DNA from: a virus
Lineage: Duplodnaviria; Caudoviricetes
Reading direction: 5' to 3' (one strand)
IMG/VR virus record: IMGVR_UViG_3300005077_000712
Location: 1-64,000 of that record
DNA length: 64,000 bases
Shown: positions 63,229 to 64,000 of the stretch, one piece after another
How positions within the stretch are numbered: the first letter of the stretch is position 1
Layout of the letters: each line of letters starts with the position of its first letter
Notes under the pieces: model-generated
Databases searched by the model: none
What the model saw: only the letters and a program-made list of their open reading frames with translations
Told to the model about the DNA's origin: nothing
Made by a program: the position numbers and the translations under genes

Positions 63229-63822
63229 ATGTATCGTCCAACAGCTCCAAGAATGTTTGAGCCTTTAAATCCAGAACATTCTCTTGTTGATTCTATAACT
63301 GAAGAAATGCACATGAGTGAAAGTCCTGAAATTATTTATTGGAGATTAAAAAAACCAGAAGAAATTGATGCTCAACCTGAAAATATAATAAGTGGTGAAA
63401 GTTACTTAGATGATCTTGATAAGACTTATGGTGAAAAATCATCTAAGGAAGGAAAGTTACTATATAAAGATCCTGTAAGGATTTATGGTAAGATAGACAT
63501 ACAGCCGATTATAAATGAATTACAAAGGATGGGATTAACAACAATAAAACAAATTGACCTTTACATTAATATTGCTCATGCACATGAAAGGTTAGAGGAG
63601 GTTCCGAAAGGTGGTGATGTTTTTAGAGTAACATATTTGATAAGGGATACAGATGGTGAGTTGAAGGACAAATATGTTTACTATCACATAGCTAACGTAA
63701 CGGAGGTTGATTTATATAATTATCAATATATTAATTATCAACTATTTGCAGAGCAAACAAATATGATGGATGTTGCTGATGAAATTAAGCAATATTTTGT
63801 AGACAATGAATTTAAAAAATAA
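63229..63822 (+). CDS. Head completion/neck protein (T4 gp14-like)
   Basis: DSITEEMH...LDKTYGE...PVRIYG...GDVF, downstream of the gp13-like gene. Confidence 0.6.
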   Translation: MYRPTAPRMFEPLNPEHSLVDSITEEMHMSESPEIIYWRLKKPEEIDAQPENIISGESYLDDLDKTYGEKSSKEGKLLYKDPVRIYGKIDIQPIINELQRMGLTTIKQIDLYINIAHAHERLEEVPKGGDVFRVTYLIRDTDGELKDKYVYYHIANVTEVDLYNYQYINYQLFAEQTNMMDVADEIKQYFVDNEFKK

Positions 63823-63837
63823 ATTGAGGTAATAATT

Positions 63838-64000
63838 ATGAGTAAATTTTCAGATAGGGCTGAACAATTCTATATGGAACAATTTAAAGATATGTTCAAT
63901 CAAGAAAAAGACAAAGAAAAAGCACAAAAACAACTTCGTAAAAAACTTAAAAAAGTAAATGATGAAGTAATTTTTGAAGATGTTCTTTCAACCATTGCTG
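63838..64000 (+). CDS. Hypothetical protein, partial
   Basis: GAGG SD; MSKFSDRAEQF stays open to the window end. Confidence 0.6.
   Translation, partial: MSKFSDRAEQFYMEQFKDMFNQEKDKEKAQKQLRKKLKKVNDEVIFEDVLSTIA

Noticed and set aside
1-64000. Stop-codon reassignment (TAG or TGA)
   Set aside because: Long conserved genes are uninterrupted in code 11, all three stops end genuine ORFs, and no convincing suppressor tRNA was found

Overview
A 64-kb segment of a very AT-rich, T4-like jumbo phage genome using the standard genetic code. Bases 1-45.9 kb are almost entirely on the minus strand. (1) 1-3 kb: tandem Kelch/beta-propeller repeat genes. (2) 3.4-17.7 kb: a large translation/RNA island with about 18 decoding tRNAs, several non-canonical tRNA-like RNAs, a tmRNA and a tRNA-Leu(UAA) carrying a cyanobacterial/plastid-type group I intron. 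It also holds two radical SAM genes (one RlmN/Cfr-like), two metallophosphoesterases (one with an intein) and a Ro60/TROVE gene followed by three related Y-RNA-like elements, one built into a tRNA scaffold. A homing endonuclease sits behind a half tRNA-Asn, and several unexplained structured ncRNAs follow consensus sigma70 promoters. (3) 17.7-32.7 kb: membrane proteins, class II ribonucleotide reductase, a SET-domain protein, a broken GIY-YIG endonuclease, RNA ligase, PNKP and a Dam-type methylase. (4) 32.7-38.3 kb: a GC-richer array of short co-oriented ORFs separated by about a dozen integron attC-like hairpins, with no integrase in the window. (5) 38.8-45.9 kb: a second RNA ligase, a DenV-like protein, an intein-containing methylase, DUF932, a PC4-like protein and the terminase large subunit. 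(6) 46-64 kb on the plus strand: head module with an intein-containing portal, protease, scaffold, major capsid protein, a free-standing homing endonuclease and neck proteins. The most striking signals are the phage-borne attC cassette array and the Ro60-linked Y-RNA/tRNA chimera. All calls are from reading the sequence by eye; no searches were run.
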